Origin: Mobula hypostoma
Lineage: Eukaryota
DNA length: 64,000 nucleotides
Direction: 5' to 3'
Assembly (NCBI RefSeq): GCF_963921235.1
Contig: NC_086097.1
Location: 213,344,001 to 213,408,000 of the forward strand
Of the stretch, positions 52,001 to 64,000 are shown piece after piece (the first letter of the stretch is position 1; each line of letters opens with the position of its first letter). Made by a program: the position numbers and the translations under genes. Below the pieces are notes generated by a model. That model was not told the DNA's origin, ran no database searches, and worked only from the letters and a program-made list of their open reading frames with translations.

Positions 52001-53884
52001 TCTGGTTTTGTAGAAAAATGTAAAATATATATGATATTGGGTGAATTGTAATGATTGTGTTTTGGCTTGATTTCCTATTTTTCAGTAAATAATTTCAATG
52101 CTATTGGTAGAACTAGAAGTTTGTACCAGTGGAGAAAGACTTGGAAATCTATATTCTATTTGGAATGGAGGAAGCAGGGGGAAAACTTGGTGTCTCTTTC
52201 ACTTTGTGATCAAAGCTAGGAGAACATCGATTTAAGTGATATAATTAAAAGGGAGTTATACTCATCCAGAGGATGGTTGAGGCTTGGAACTCTCTGGTAA
52301 GCCAGAAACCCTCATCATGTCTGAATAGTACTTGGAGCTGCAATTGGAGATCAAATGCTAGAAGTGGGATTTGACTAGGTAATTCATTACTTCATTAGTA
52401 AATATTATGGATGGATTAGTTTTGTTTTTTTTTTCTGATTTTAGAAGCCATGTGGTTATTTCTATAATGAGGAACCAGATAATGATGTCATTACTTTACA
52501 TTTCATCTAGTTTTGTAGAGTTGGAAACTGCTGTCTCCTTGAACAAGAAAAGAAGTAAAGGAAAAATATTAAACTTCTGTAGAATCATGATTTCTCTAAA
52601 ATAAATTCTTTGTGATAGTTAACTTTGCCTCTCAGCAGCTGAGTTGAGGCCAGGCAAGCTCTTCTATAGCTTCCACCAAAGGCAGTCTGCACTTGTTGCC
52701 AGGTGTTCAAGAACAACTTTTATGCATTTTGTCCTTGATGCCACCACCTTAATAGTTTCACTGTCTGCCTTGTGTTTGAAATGTTTGATTTTGGCTCCCG
52801 TGATGTAGTTTAGATGGTCTGGTAGGTGTTTTCAATTGAAGTCCATTCCCACTCTGCGGTGCAGTATAATGGTTCAACATCCTTTTTCATTAAATGGAAG
52901 GAGATAACAGTTTACTAGTTTCAGTAGCATATCTATGGATTGGAATAAGGTTCATTTGGACTTTCCCTCAAAGGTAAGTTCCTACAATTATATTTTGGGG
53001 GCAGGACCCAAGTGGAAGCTATAACCAAGCAATTCTCAGGGACAGGGTATGTCCAAATAACAGGTTAGCCTGTGCTTGCATATACAATGGGGATAAATGT
53101 ACAGAGAGATAATTAGATTTGAAGAACTTAATTATTAAAGAACTCTGTTTTGTTCTAAAAGATTAGAACAGAGGTTTTTTCTCATGTATGAGAAGTCTTG
53201 TGCTGATACTTCTTGAGATTTGCTTTTCGTGTTAGTAAATTTCAGTCTGTTTCTGTGTCCGTCTGTTGGGCCTTATTTGTAATTTTATTGCACTGGTGTG
53301 TATAAATTCAATAGTTTTCAAAGCAGTGTATGTTTTATTGCCTATTAATTGCTGCCAGCAAAAGGAATGGGGAAATTTTGTATTTTTGTGGAGTTGGACT
53401 AAAATGAAATTGATATTAGTGTAAAATGAATAAATGAATCTCTGGCAATTTACTGCCAAAATTCATATTGCTACCCTTCTGCTGCTAGGAAGAACTGTAG
53501 ATTCAAATAGTGTTAATTCTCTGACAATGCTTGATGCTGCTATTTGCAATATTTAACATAAAATTAACCTGTAAAGCATTCCAGTGATGCACTACAGTTG
53601 AGTAGCTATATCAAAGTAAATTTATTGCAGTACATCACAAATTTATCTTTTTTTGTGTACTTCTGAATCATTTACCAAATTGATATTAACTTTAAATGCT
53701 GTTATCTTCAGTTCTTGCATTGCAATCTTTTTGATGTGGAAAGTACAAAACAATGTTTAGAACTTGATACTTGGAGTAATTGGCAGATTTTATCCATTTT
53801 TATGGGGAAATAGTATAAAATTGTTAATGCTTTTATATTGCCAATTCTGACATCTAACTTGTTGGTGAGTTCTTGAAGTCTGTC

Positions 53885-55400
53885 TAGTCATAGTCATAGA
53901 GCACTACAGCACAGAAACAGGCCTATTAGCTAACCTAGTCCATATGACCTGATTTTTTTAACCTAGTTCCATCTATCTGCACCCAGACAATGTCCCTCTG
54001 AACAGCTCCCATCTACGTACCTATCCAAACTTACCTTAAATTAAACCCACATCTGCCACTTCTGCTGGCAGCTCGTTCCACACCTGAGTTTCCCCTCAGA
54101 TTCCCCTAAGAATTTCACCTTTCGCCTGTGACCTCAAATACTAGTCTTGCCCAACTGGAGGGGAGAAAACCAGCATGCAGTCACTCTATATATCTCATGA
54201 TTTTGTATACGTCTAAGATTTCTTCTCATTCTCTTGTGCTCCAGAGAATAAAGTCTTAATCCATTCAACCTTTTTCTGCAGTTTTCCAAGCTTGTTGATA
54301 TTCTTCCTGTAGGTAGGTGGCCATAATACTCTAAATTCAGCCTCACCAATCTCTTGTACAACTTCATCATAACAGTCCAACCCCTGTATAGTGTTCTGAT
54401 TGATGAAGGCCAGTGTGCTCAAAGCTCTCTTTACAGCACCATCTACCTGTGATGCCAGCTTCAAGGAATTACTGATCTGTATTCCCAGATCCCTTTGTTA
54501 TATTATACTCAGTGCCCCTACTGTTCACTAAGTCTTACCCTGCTTTGTCCTCTCAAAGTGCAACACCTTACAATTTTCTACATTAAATTCCATCTGCCAT
54601 TTTTTCCAGCACATTTTTCCAGTTGGTCAATTTTATGCTGCAAGCTTTGAGAGCCTTCCTCTGTCCACTATGCCCCCAGTCTTGGTGTCATCCACAAATT
54701 TGCTGATCTAGTTTACCATCCAGATTGTTGACATAGATGACAAAGAACAATGGACCCAGTGCAAATCCCTGCAGCACTAGTCACAGGCATCTAGTCAGAG
54801 AGGCAACCATCTACTCCCACTAAGCCAATACCAGGCAACTTAATCTTCTGGACCAGCCCACGTGCGACTTTATCAAAGGCCTTGCTGAAGTCAATGTAGA
54901 CAACGTACAGCACCTTTCCTTCATGAAGCTTCTTGGTAATGTACATGGAAAACAAGATTAGTTAGACATGTCCTACCACTTGCATTACAAATAATGCACC
55001 CCTCTCCTTCTCTTTCATGTCTAAAATATCAGTACCCCAGAACATTCAGTTGCCAATTCTGTCCTTCCTGCAACCAAGTCTCACTAATAGCTCTAACATT
55101 GAAATTCTACATACTAATCCATGCTCTTAAGTACGTATGCAATACCTACAAATCTCCTTGCATTGAAATGGATGCATCTCAGAGAACATTAGCCCCACCT
55201 TGCTCAAAAATCAGTCGATTTCTGTGTTGAGGGTTAACATCTACTTTCCCTGTACTCACACCACCTGCTGCCTTGCCACTTTGGTTCCCACTCCCGTGCA
55301 ACTCTAGTTTAAGCTCTCTCCTCCCCCGCCCCCCAGAGCAGCACCAGCAAATCCTCCCACAAGGACATTGGTCCTCCTCCAGTTCAGATGTTGGTCCTTG
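53885..55400 (-). mobile_element. Degenerate CR1 LINE
   Basis: (gtcata)n tail; MMKLYKRLVRLNLEY; gtgtcatccacaaattt (decayed FADDT); internal deletions. Confidence 0.85.
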
Positions 55401-55717
55401 ATTTAATAAGTTATCCCTTATCTATTATCATACTACTCTTAAGTTCCTACATGTCTATATATTAACCAAGATTAAGTTGTTACTTAGTTGTATCTTAAAA
55501 TGAAAATGCATAATTCAGTAAAAATATAGGAATAAGCACATATAATACTGAGTTGTTGAGTGTCTCCTTTTTCTGTTTTTGGATTTCCAATGACTGCACT
55601 TTTTTTGATTTGCATACTATAGAATTTGTCCTTGCCACATACTATAATAACACTGTATATGCAACTCTACCTTAGTAGAGAGTCAAAATTTATACTATAG
55701 TTTAATAAGCATACTTA

Positions 55718-57235
55718 AGGTGCCTTGAAAAAGTATTCAACCCTGTAGCTACTTTCACATTTTACTCTTCTCATTTTCCAAGTTTAAAATATGTTGAAGT
55801 AGGATATTTATGAGCTGATCTACAAAATATTGTGCATATCAAACTAAAAGAAAAATTTCAAAACCTGTGAACAATTAGCTAAAAATGAAAACCAAAATTG
55901 AGGCCAAAAAAGTATTCACCCCCTTTATAATTACTATGCTAACTTTCTTTGGGTGCAATATAAAGTATTACCTTGCCAACTTACCCAATTTGTTAATGTA
56001 GAAAATTGGAGAATCACCTGCTTTCAATGAATCATAAGAATAAATATATCCCCCCCCGCCCCCCGTAAGGTCCAACAGAATGATAGATTTTCAACAGACG
56101 AAACCAAAATGAAGACAAAAGAACAGTCAAGACAAGTCTGGGAAATAATAGAGAAGCACAAATCTGGGGAAAGGTACAAGACCATCTCAAAGGCACTGAA
56201 CCTACCTTGGAGCTCAGTGCAGTCCATTGCGAAAAAGTGGAAAACAACATGAAACCACAAAACTTTCTAGGCCAGGATGCCCCTCTAAACTTAGCCACCA
56301 GAGAAGAATGACACTTGTAAGAGAGGCTATTATGCTGAGTCACTCTGAGTGAGCTGCAGAAATCAGTGGCTGCAATTGGAGATGAAGTTCATGGCTCCAC
56401 AGAAACTAAGGCCTTGCACAAAAAGGGCATTTGTGGAGAGTGTCAAGGAAGAAGCCTTGGCTATATATATATATTTTTTTAAAAGTATATCCTTGTGTGC
56501 AAAGCCACTGCAAAGTGTCACTTAGAAGATACCTATAAAGGTGTGGAAGAAGGTTTTGTTGGATGAGACTTAAGTGGAACTTTAGTCCATGTAGAGTAAA
56601 TCTAATACTGTACATCAGCCAGGTAACGGCATTGTGCTGTAGGAATGCTTTTCAGTAGCAGGGACTGGAAATCTGGTCAGGATTGATGGGAAGATGAATG
56701 CTGAATACAGATTCTGGATGATAACCTACTAACCCGTGGCAGAAAGCTTAAACTGGGGAGGAAGTTCATTTTTCAGCAGGATAAAGATGCAACCATGGAA
56801 TGGCTTTAAAAAATTGATATCCTTGAGTGGTCCAGTCAGTCCTGACGTTAACCTAATCCAACATCTCTGGCAAGACCTCAAGACTGCTGTCTCCCACTTC
56901 TCCCCAACTAATCTGGCACAGCTTGAGTAATCTTGCAAGGAGGAGTGGGCAAATCTTGCTCCATCACATTGTACAAAAATTATGGAGACCAAAAAGGCTT
57001 CTGGCTGTAATAGCTATGAGAGGTGGTTCACCTAAGTACCAAGCAAAGGGAAATGAATACTTGTGAACTGACATATTTTAGTTTTTGAATTTTTAGTTTT
57101 TTGTGCTTTACAATTTTCCTTGCTACTGTGAAAAAGGAGCATGTGATTCACAAACAAAGGTTCGCAGTTAAATTGATCAAAACCATGATTTTAAAGCTCA
57201 TTTACGTGGGCTGGGAATACTACTTCAAAGCACTG
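55718..57235 (+). mobile_element. Second Tc1-like DNA transposon, decayed, both ends present
   Basis: Left end ta|aggtgccttgaaaaagtattc, right end gaatactacttcaaagcactg|ta. MKTKEQSRQVWEIIEKHKSG from about 56109; SPDVNLIQHLWQDLKTAV. Confidence 0.88.
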
Positions 57236-57689
57236 TAAATATTCTAAAAGGCCAGTAGTTTCATTGGAAAGTATGCACCAAAGATGCATACAAAGCAAGA
57301 AATAATATTGCTGCAATCCTGTTTCTTTGTACAATACATTTATTACATGGATTTAACAGATTTTGTTACAGGCATTGAAAAATACAATACTTAAATACTA
57401 TTGTCAATTGTGTAGTTTTAGAAGTAGAAACTGCAGGTACAGAAAATCTGAAATAAAGTCAAAATGCTGGCGATAATCAGGTCAGTTGAGAGAAATAAAG
57501 TTAACTTTTAATACTGATAATCTATCATAAAACTGAAATGCTCTGTATTTTCTGCATTTTCTATTTTAACGAGGTTTGGAGCATTCAGGAAAAAATACCT
57601 GAAATTGAAGAGAAGGAAATGAAGTAGTAATCCAATGTTGCTCTATGAATGAAATTAAATGTAGGCTGAATTTTTTAGTGGAATATTTT

Positions 57690-57851
57690 GGACACCCTCC
57701 CAAGACTATGGTCAACATGCTCCTAGAAGACAGCGGTACGGCTGATGTAGATGAACTGAATACACTGATGAGGGAGAAGTGGAGAATCCGTCATTGTGCC
57801 TGACGCAGGCCCCCTAGGCCTGAGTCGACGTAGTAGTAATAGTAGTAGTAG
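57690..57851 (+). mobile_element. RTE-clade LINE extreme 3' end with (TAG)n tail
   Basis: GHPPKTMVNMLLEDSGTADVDELNTLMRE; gagtcgacg followed by tagtagtaatagtagtagtag. Confidence 0.65.
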
Positions 57852-59271
57852 AATGCACTGGTACATTGTTTAATTTAATGAGTCTGTAATCTAGACTAGG
57901 GCTTGTGATTTTGAAACAAATTACGTCTCATCGGGGTGGGGGGGGTTGATTTAAATTGAGTTAAATGGGAGCAAAAAGATAGTAATAGTGACTAAGAAAC
58001 TGTCTCTTTTTTAAGAAAAAATGCATCCTGTTCAAGTAGAGCTGGCAAAATGGTTGGCTTCACTGCATACTAAAGGAAAATTTGAAATGTTGGCAGATTG
58101 AATTCTGTATTTTTGGAAGGAATTTTGCTCTTGCATCTGTTGGTCTCTGTGTGACCTTAGACCCACTGAAATGTGATTCACAGTTAACTGCTCTGACAAT
58201 TTTTTAAGGCCTTTTTGAAATTGGTAATATTAGTTAGCTTTGCCAGTGGCACCTACAGCCCAAGAATTAAAGACATTGAGCTGAGGGTTGTCAGAATTTT
58301 TGCTTAAACATTATCTTCTTTGCCATCAGGATTAGTTGAACCAGTCAGCTATACTCATCAGCATTTCTCCTTGTGAACTCAGTCCTGTTGCGTACTTGAC
58401 AGCGCTTAATATACTGCCTCATTTGTGGCTATTGTCCTTGCATGAATTCAATGATTCTACTTGTATGGCTGCAGATTTCCAAAGCTATTTTGAACCTACC
58501 TGCTAAAACTACTCAGATTAGCTCATATTAGTTTTGGTGGTTGTAGGAAGGGATTGTTTCTTCAGCATTGGAGCAACGCTTCTCAGAAATGGGTTGCTGT
58601 CAGGATTGTAGCAAATTTGGACTTGCAGGTAATGGAAGAGAGTTGCAAGCCCCACTTAATGCCACACAATTGAAGAAATATGGTAAATGCTTGTGAAGAA
58701 ATCATAAGGAGAGGTGCACTCTGCGTTGTTTAAACTAAGGAGGCAAGGTTATCTACGAGTTTTATCATCAACTTTGTAATTTCCACTCACAATCTAACCA
58801 GTTGGGCTGTGGAATTTGCTCAACCAGTCAATTGGGTTATGGTTAATCTTTCATCAAAGACTTCTAAGACTTCTCAATGCGTGATGTCTACAAGGAATTT
58901 ATTGGTGGTAATCTGAAAAGGGTGCTCTACCAGTGGAGTGGAAAAAGTGTTCAACCCTATATGGCCTACCTCAAATTTTATGTCTGTACACAGGTATTGA
59001 TGGATCTAATGGAAGTTTGTATAACTAGCGTAACTTGTGGAATTAAAATTAATATTTGCATAAATGTCCATTGTAAAATTACAAGCTTTTGTGTTTTTTT
59101 AATATAAAGTACTTCTAAGCTTTGGTCCTGCCCCCTAAGGGCATGTTTTTCTATCCATGCCAATGATTCCTCTTAATACCTTGACATTAAATAACCTGTT
59201 TAATCTCTCCTTCATAATTTAAATCCAGTTGCCTTTGTTCTAAAAAATTTATATTGCACTCCTTCCTCTTC

Positions 59272-60053
59272 TTGGCAAAAATAGGAAAACAGATTATTAT
59301 CTGAATGGTGGCCGATTAGGAAAAGGGGAGGTGCAACGAGACCTGGGTGTCATTATACACCAGTCATTGAAAGTGGGCATGCAGGTACAGCAGGCGATGA
59401 AAAAGGCAAATGGTATGCTGGCATTTATAGCGAGAGGATTCGAGTACAGGAGCAGGGAGGTACCACTGCAGTTGTACAAGGCCTTGGTGAGACTGCACCT
59501 GGAGTATTGTGTGCAGTTTTGGTCCCCTAATCTGAGGAAAGACATCCTTGCCATAGAGGGAGTACAAAGAAGGTTCACCAGATTGATTCCTGGGATGGCA
59601 GGACTTTCATATGAAGAAAGACTGGATGAACTGGGCTTGTACTCGTTGGAATTTAGAAAATTGAGGGGGGGTCTGATTGAAACGTATAAAATCCTAAAGG
59701 GATTGGACAGGCTAGATGCAGGAAGATTGTTCCCGATGTTGGGGAAGTCCAGAACGAGGGGTCACAGTTTGAGGATAAAGGGGAAGCCTTTTAGGACCGA
59801 GATTAGGAAAAACTTCTTCACACAGAGAGTGGTGAATCTGTGGAATTCTCTGCCACAGGAAACAGTTGAGGCCAGTTCATTGGCTATATTTAAGAGGGAG
59901 TTAGATATGGCCTTTGTGGCTATGGGGGTCAGGGGGTATGGAGGGAAGGCTGGTGCAGGGTTCTGAGTTGGATGATCAGCCATGATCATAATAAATGTTG
60001 GTGCAGGCTCGAAGGGCCGAATGGCCTACTCCTGTACCTATTTTCTATGTTTC
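59272..60053 (+). mobile_element. Young 5'-truncated CR1 LINE with uninterrupted C-terminal ORF
   Basis: 211-aa ORF 59331-59966 (QRDLGV..RLHLEYCVQFWSP..FFTQRVVNLWNSLP); tail tttctatgtttct. Confidence 0.95.
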
Positions 60054-60691
60054 TTAAGGCCAATATATCCTTTAGAATATGCTCATATCTGATCACTAAA
60101 CTTATAGTCCAACTTAATTTTTACATTCCTGTAGCACAGCTATATGTATTGTTCTTTGTGTTCATTTTTAGTTGGTACACATTGATGATATTTTCATCTG
60201 TGTTCATAAATTTCTTATCTCTTCCCATTTAGGAAATGCACAGTGGATAATTTAATGTTCATAATTGGTGAGAATTTGAGGGACCAATGAAAATTGATGC
60301 AAACCACCTTTTATCATTTTGACATGTTGACTCTCTTGCCCATCATCGTTATTCTGTCTCCTGTCACTCAGTGTAATTTTCTAAACATGCCAATTTTTTC
60401 ATCATTAACAGTGGCTTTAGCATAAATTAATAACCAATTGTGAGGAACTTTATCAATGTATTTTGAAATTTCTTTTAAATAGCTCTATAAACATTCATTG
60501 GTCTGCCACTGTCTGGCACTTTAGACAGTTCTTCAGAAACTCATTAGTCTTATGTATGATCTATCCTTCCAAAATTACACTGGGTGTCTCTGATAGTTCA
60601 CCTAAGTACCGTAAGTACCTGACAACACCTGTTAGGCTAACTGATCTAATTCCCTTCCTTTTTCCCTCTATACACAAGAGAATGGATTAAA

Positions 60692-60798
60692 AAGGGTTCT
60701 GAGTTGGATGATCAGCCATGATCATAATAAATGGCGGTGCAGGCTCGAAGGGCCGAATGGCCTACTCCTGCACCTATTTTCTATGTTTCTATGTTTCT
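60692..60798 (+). mobile_element. Isolated CR1 3' UTR, near-identical to 59957-60053
   Basis: agggttctgagttggatgatcagccatgatcataataaatg...(tttctatg)2 tail. Confidence 0.9.
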
Positions 60799-61059
60799 AA
60801 AATAGTGCAATGGCAGATACATTGAATAATTACTTTACACCTGTGTTCTCAGTAGAAAAATAAATGACTGACAACACAAAGAATGTAAAATTAAATAAGG
60901 GTTAAAACTGATTTGTGAAATAAAGACATCCACAGCGGTTGGAAAGCATGGTGATGAGAGCATTACTGATCAACACACTAAAGTTCTCAATTTGCTTTTA
61001 CAGTGGACAAAGTACACATAACTTCACAATTAAGGACAAAACTGTTTTGTATTGTCATG

Positions 61060-62450
61060 CCAGCACAATTGAATCTTATATAGACTAGTCTGGAAGGTTA
61101 GGTTGCATAAATAGCCGACTGCATACAAAATTGGTGTGGCGATAGTGGAGGTTGTTTTCAGATTAGATGCTTGTGACCATTGGTATGCTGCAGTGAGTAG
61201 TGCTAGATTCAACTGTTGTTCCTCATCTATGTTAACTATTTGGGCAAGAATGTAGTTAGTAGATTGCAGATGACACTAAAATTGAAGATATAGTGGTCAG
61301 AGAAGAAAGTTACTTAAGTTTACAACAGGATTGAGATGAACTAAGGAAGTGGACTCAGGAATTGTAGATGACATTTCACTTGGACAAATGTGAAATGATG
61401 CATTTTGTAAGTTAAAATGGGAGAGAACTTGCACAGTAAATGAAAGATCCCTGATGAGTGTTGTGGAACAGAAAGGGGTATAATGGCATAGCGCCATGAA
61501 AGTGGCAACATGGGTAAACCGGGTGGTGAAGAAGCCTTTGGCATGCATGCATTCATTGATCAAGGCTTTAAGTACAGACTGGAACGTCATGTCTTGTCGG
61601 GTGTTGGTGAGCCTGCACTTTGAGTATTGGTTGCTGCTGTGAATGCCTGCCAATAGGAAGTATGCTGGAAAGAGTGCACACATGCTTCAAGAGGATGTTA
61701 CTGAGACTGGAGAGCTTGAGTTATAGGAAGACTACATAGCTGAGGTTTTTCCTCAGAGGGTAGGAAATTGAAGATGACAGAAACAGAGGTATACAAAGGT
61801 CATGAGAGGCCTAAATAAGCTGAATGGTCACAGTCTTTTTCCCAGGGTGGAGAGGTCTCTGCCAAAGGAGGTGTAAGGTGCTCCTTCCTCCACTAGCCTG
61901 CAGGTCACCCTTGGACAAGGTGCAGTACTTGCTTAGGGGTCATCTGAAGCGATGGGAGCAGATGGCAGACAGTCACCTATCACAAGTCCTGGTTATGCAC
62001 CCAGTGACAGCAGGTAGACCTACTCTGAAGAGTATTCATAATGGTTGGCGGGTCACCCGTCTTGTAAAGACACTGCCCAGAAGAAGGCGATGGCAAACCA
62101 CCTCTGTAGAAAAATTTGCCAAGAACAGTCATGGTAATGAGACCATGATCGCCCACGTCATACAACATGACACATGATGATTGAGTCTAAAGTTAGAGGA
62201 CATAGACTTAAGGGTCGATGGAGAAAATTTAAGGACAACTTGGAGCACGTTTATCCAGACAAAGGGTGGGTTTGTCGAATGAACTGCTAGAGGAATTAGG
62301 TGAAGCTGGTATATTTGCATTTAAATCACATTTAGACAGGTACAGAGTTGGGGGGGGGTGGGTTAAAGGCCAAATGTGAGACTGGTTCAGTTTGGCATCT
62401 TAGATGGCATGGATAAGGGTCTGTTTTTGTGCTGTTTGATTATGGGTATA
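61060..62450 (+). mobile_element. Degenerate CR1 LINE interrupted by an RTE-related SINE
   Basis: ttgcagatgacactaaaatt (ADDTK); cttttcccagggtggagag...tctaaagttagaggacatagact rejoins across the insert. Confidence 0.8.
61856..62181 (+). mobile_element. RTE/Bov-B-related non-autonomous element (SINE)
   Basis: gaaggcgatggcaaaccacctctgtag..ttgccaagaa resembles the RTE/Bov-A terminal motif; tgatga tail. Confidence 0.6.
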
Positions 62451-62824
62451 ACATTTGCATAAGCTAATGGGAATATAGCCTTAAACATATGTAGTTTTTA
62501 GTTATACGAAGTTGTCTTGTATTTTCGGATTGTTTGCATTTTGATTATAATACATTGTTGCACTGAATTTTTACCTATTGACTTAATTGACCTGGTTTAA
62601 GTGTGAACAGGAAGTTTGATTAGACTGGCAAGCATCAGATGTGAATCTTGCAATTTCTGCAGAATTTAAGCCAAATACATCAGTTGTAGCTTAACATTCC
62701 CCTGTTCTTGACTAAAACTTTGTCTTTACTTCCTGAGATCTCGTACTGTCAGGGAATTTCCCCACAAACAACATATTAACAAGTTTTATGTTAGAAATAA
62801 AAACCATGACTTCTCATATCTATA

Positions 62825-63700
62825 TCAAGTTTAAGTTTAATTATCATTCAACCATACACATGAATACAACCATATGAAACAACATTCCTCTGGGGCTAAG
62901 GTGAAAATCAGTTGCACACAGCACATATAGCACGTAATTATGTTAGCAGAATAACATGGCTACAAAAATGTGTATATAAAAAATAATAAGCCCAAGTTCA
63001 TGAGTGTCATGGCTTGTAGATTGATGGTGCATGGATGTAGGTACATGGAGCTTAGAAAAATAGAGGGCTATGGGTAACCCTAGGTAATTTCAAAGGTAAG
63101 GACATATTCGGCACAGCTTTGTGTGCTGTAGGTTTTCTGTGATGTCCTGGAGCCAAGTTTCTGTAGGGTAAGCCAGTAGCAGTTGCTTATTTCACACAGG
63201 TGCAACTGCAGACGCAGACAAATGTAATCCAGCTTGTCTTCCACCGAACAAACACTGGAGAGCGGTTCTAGTGTCTCCTTCTCCAATGGCTACAAGAGGT
63301 GACCCTGAGGCAGGAGGATCTTGTCTGCTCAAAAACAGAGGTGATGCAGCTCCTCCGTTGTCGATCTCAGCAATAAACCAGTGAATCTGACTTGCAGTAC
63401 TCTACATCACAAGACTCTGTTGGACACTGGTAATTGCAACAAAAGCATCCAAGACAATCACTCCCACCATCCATTGATCAAGCACCACCTCCAATGCCTT
63501 CTTCCCTGGGTGTCTGAAGCAGGTTGCAACATTTTGCACAAGTCCAGCGCCACTGCTATCCAGCAACTGACTAGTGGGGTAGACCTGCAGTAGTTGGAGT
63601 TCTATATATCCAGCAGTGTAAAAAAGGATGTAAAGGCTAAACAATTACACTTTTGTTTGGACCCAGAGAGGCTGCTGCATCCCAGTGTGCCACCATCGTA
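62825..63700 (-). mobile_element. Rex1/L2-type internally deleted element, with a small CR1 3' end inserted at about 63039-63139
   Basis: caagtttaagtttaattatcattcaacc tail; SSVCSVEDKLDYICLRL..EISNC (endonuclease N-terminus-like). Confidence 0.55.
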
Positions 63701-63961
63701 CTGAAAGTACATTTCTGCATGTAATGGTAACTTAAGAGCAGTGCATAAAGTGATTTTTGTTATAGCCTGGTTGGATAGATTTATCTGAATTTGACGATTG
63801 AAATATCTTTGTGTTAGAATTTAAGTTTGTAAAATAAATTTGCTGCCTATGAAACAGCTGGTGCCATGGAAATACGATTTCAGTTTGCAGTTCAATTATT
63901 CAGCAACAGCAATGTTGTCTATAGTTTGCGGCAAGTGATACTGATGTTTGTCCTTTGTGTA

Positions 63962-64000
63962 CACTCAGTAGCCACTTTATTAGGTATACCTGTACAGTTA
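63962..64000 (+). mobile_element. Left terminus of another Tc1-like element (cut by the window edge)
   Basis: TA|cactcagtagccactttattaggtatacctgtaca resembles a fish Tc1 TIR start. Confidence 0.55.

Noticed and set aside
57775..57830. ctgatgag-containing stretch near 57765 considered as a hammerhead
   Set aside because: No stem II or GAAA partner; it is RTE coding sequence (LMRE).

Overview
AT-rich, repeat-dense vertebrate genomic DNA. The repeat complement (CR1, Rex1/Babar, RTE, Penelope, V-SINE/HE1-like and Deu-domain SINEs, Tigger, Tc1) suggests a cartilaginous fish such as a ray or shark; this is an inference. Host-gene content: the last two coding exons and 3' UTR of RAB2A on the + strand (4779-4847 and 9904-9999), about 21 kb of TE-rich intergenic DNA, and a CpG-island promoter (about 32.0-34.0 kb) with a non-coding first exon. 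From conserved vertebrate RAB2A-CHD7 synteny this is inferred to be the CHD7 promoter, with the rest of the window as intron 1; no CHD7 coding sequence is present to confirm it. Most six-frame ORFs are TE fragments or spurious. The most notable observations are: (1) a core-intact minimal hammerhead ribozyme in a 225-bp Penelope-derived insertion flanked by a perfect 16-bp duplication, in sense orientation inside a RAB2A intron; (2) a perfect 33-bp inverted repeat carrying convergent CTCF-like motifs; (3) a candidate spliced divergent transcript and a uORF at the CpG island; (4) several cleanly resolvable nested TE insertions. No evidence of a wholly new multi-gene system was seen. Boundaries of degenerate repeats are approximate and were read by eye.
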